Assembly: GCF_036321535.1 (NCBI RefSeq)
Contig: NC_087437.1
Location: 111,912,001-111,976,000, forward strand
Reading direction: 5' to 3'
Source of the DNA: Camelus dromedarius
Lineage: Eukaryota
Length of the DNA: 64,000 nt
Every line of letters begins with the position of its first letter. Within the stretch, counting starts at the first letter, position 1. The notes beneath the pieces were generated by a model. The model ran no database searches. It saw only the letters and a program-made list of their open reading frames with translations, and was not told the DNA's origin. A program made the position numbers and the translations under genes. Below, one piece after another: positions 63,915 through 64,000 of the stretch.

Positions 63915-64000
63915 ACATTATGCAGTCACGGTGGAAAGCAGTTTGGCGAGTTCTCCAAAAATTAAACATAGGATGACCTTATGATCCAGCAATCTGCTTC
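63915..64000 (+). mobile_element. L1 fragment running off the window end
   Basis: tgcagtcacggtggaaagcagtttggcg...aaattaaacatag...tatgatccagcaat. Confidence 0.75.

Noticed and set aside
1..64000. A novel multi-gene biological system
   Set aside because: No intact genes, operon-like structure or arrays are visible; content is explained by mammalian repeats, one retrocopy and putative cis-regulatory DNA.

Overview
Mammalian nuclear DNA, most likely from a camelid (camel/alpaca/llama). The taxon call rests on six copies of a tRNA-derived SINE resembling camelid Vic-1 and a young camelid-type L1 3' end. I find no intact protein-coding gene, RNA gene, CRISPR array or prokaryote-type system; almost all ORF-track entries are L1 remnants, microsatellite read-through or chance ORFs. 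The window is intergenic or deep-intronic. It holds an RPL32 processed pseudogene (9513-10010, minus), many L1/L2/MIR/MaLR/ERV/DNA-transposon relics, microsatellites, and several repeat-free, CpG-retaining, homeobox-motif-rich blocks that look like developmental-enhancer CNEs. The most unusual items seen directly in the sequence are: (i) reverse-CpG-decay bias in the RPL32 retrocopy; (ii) a 57-bp L1 5'-terminal fragment retroposed with TSDs and no poly(A); (iii) an L1-mobilised ERV-LTR-like 3' end; (iv) a 137-bp ungapped inverted duplication; (v) a 36-bp near-perfect fold-back hairpin in an L1 tail; (vi) a candidate spliced exon. Repeat family names come from recalled consensus features, not a database search, and old-repeat boundaries are approximate.
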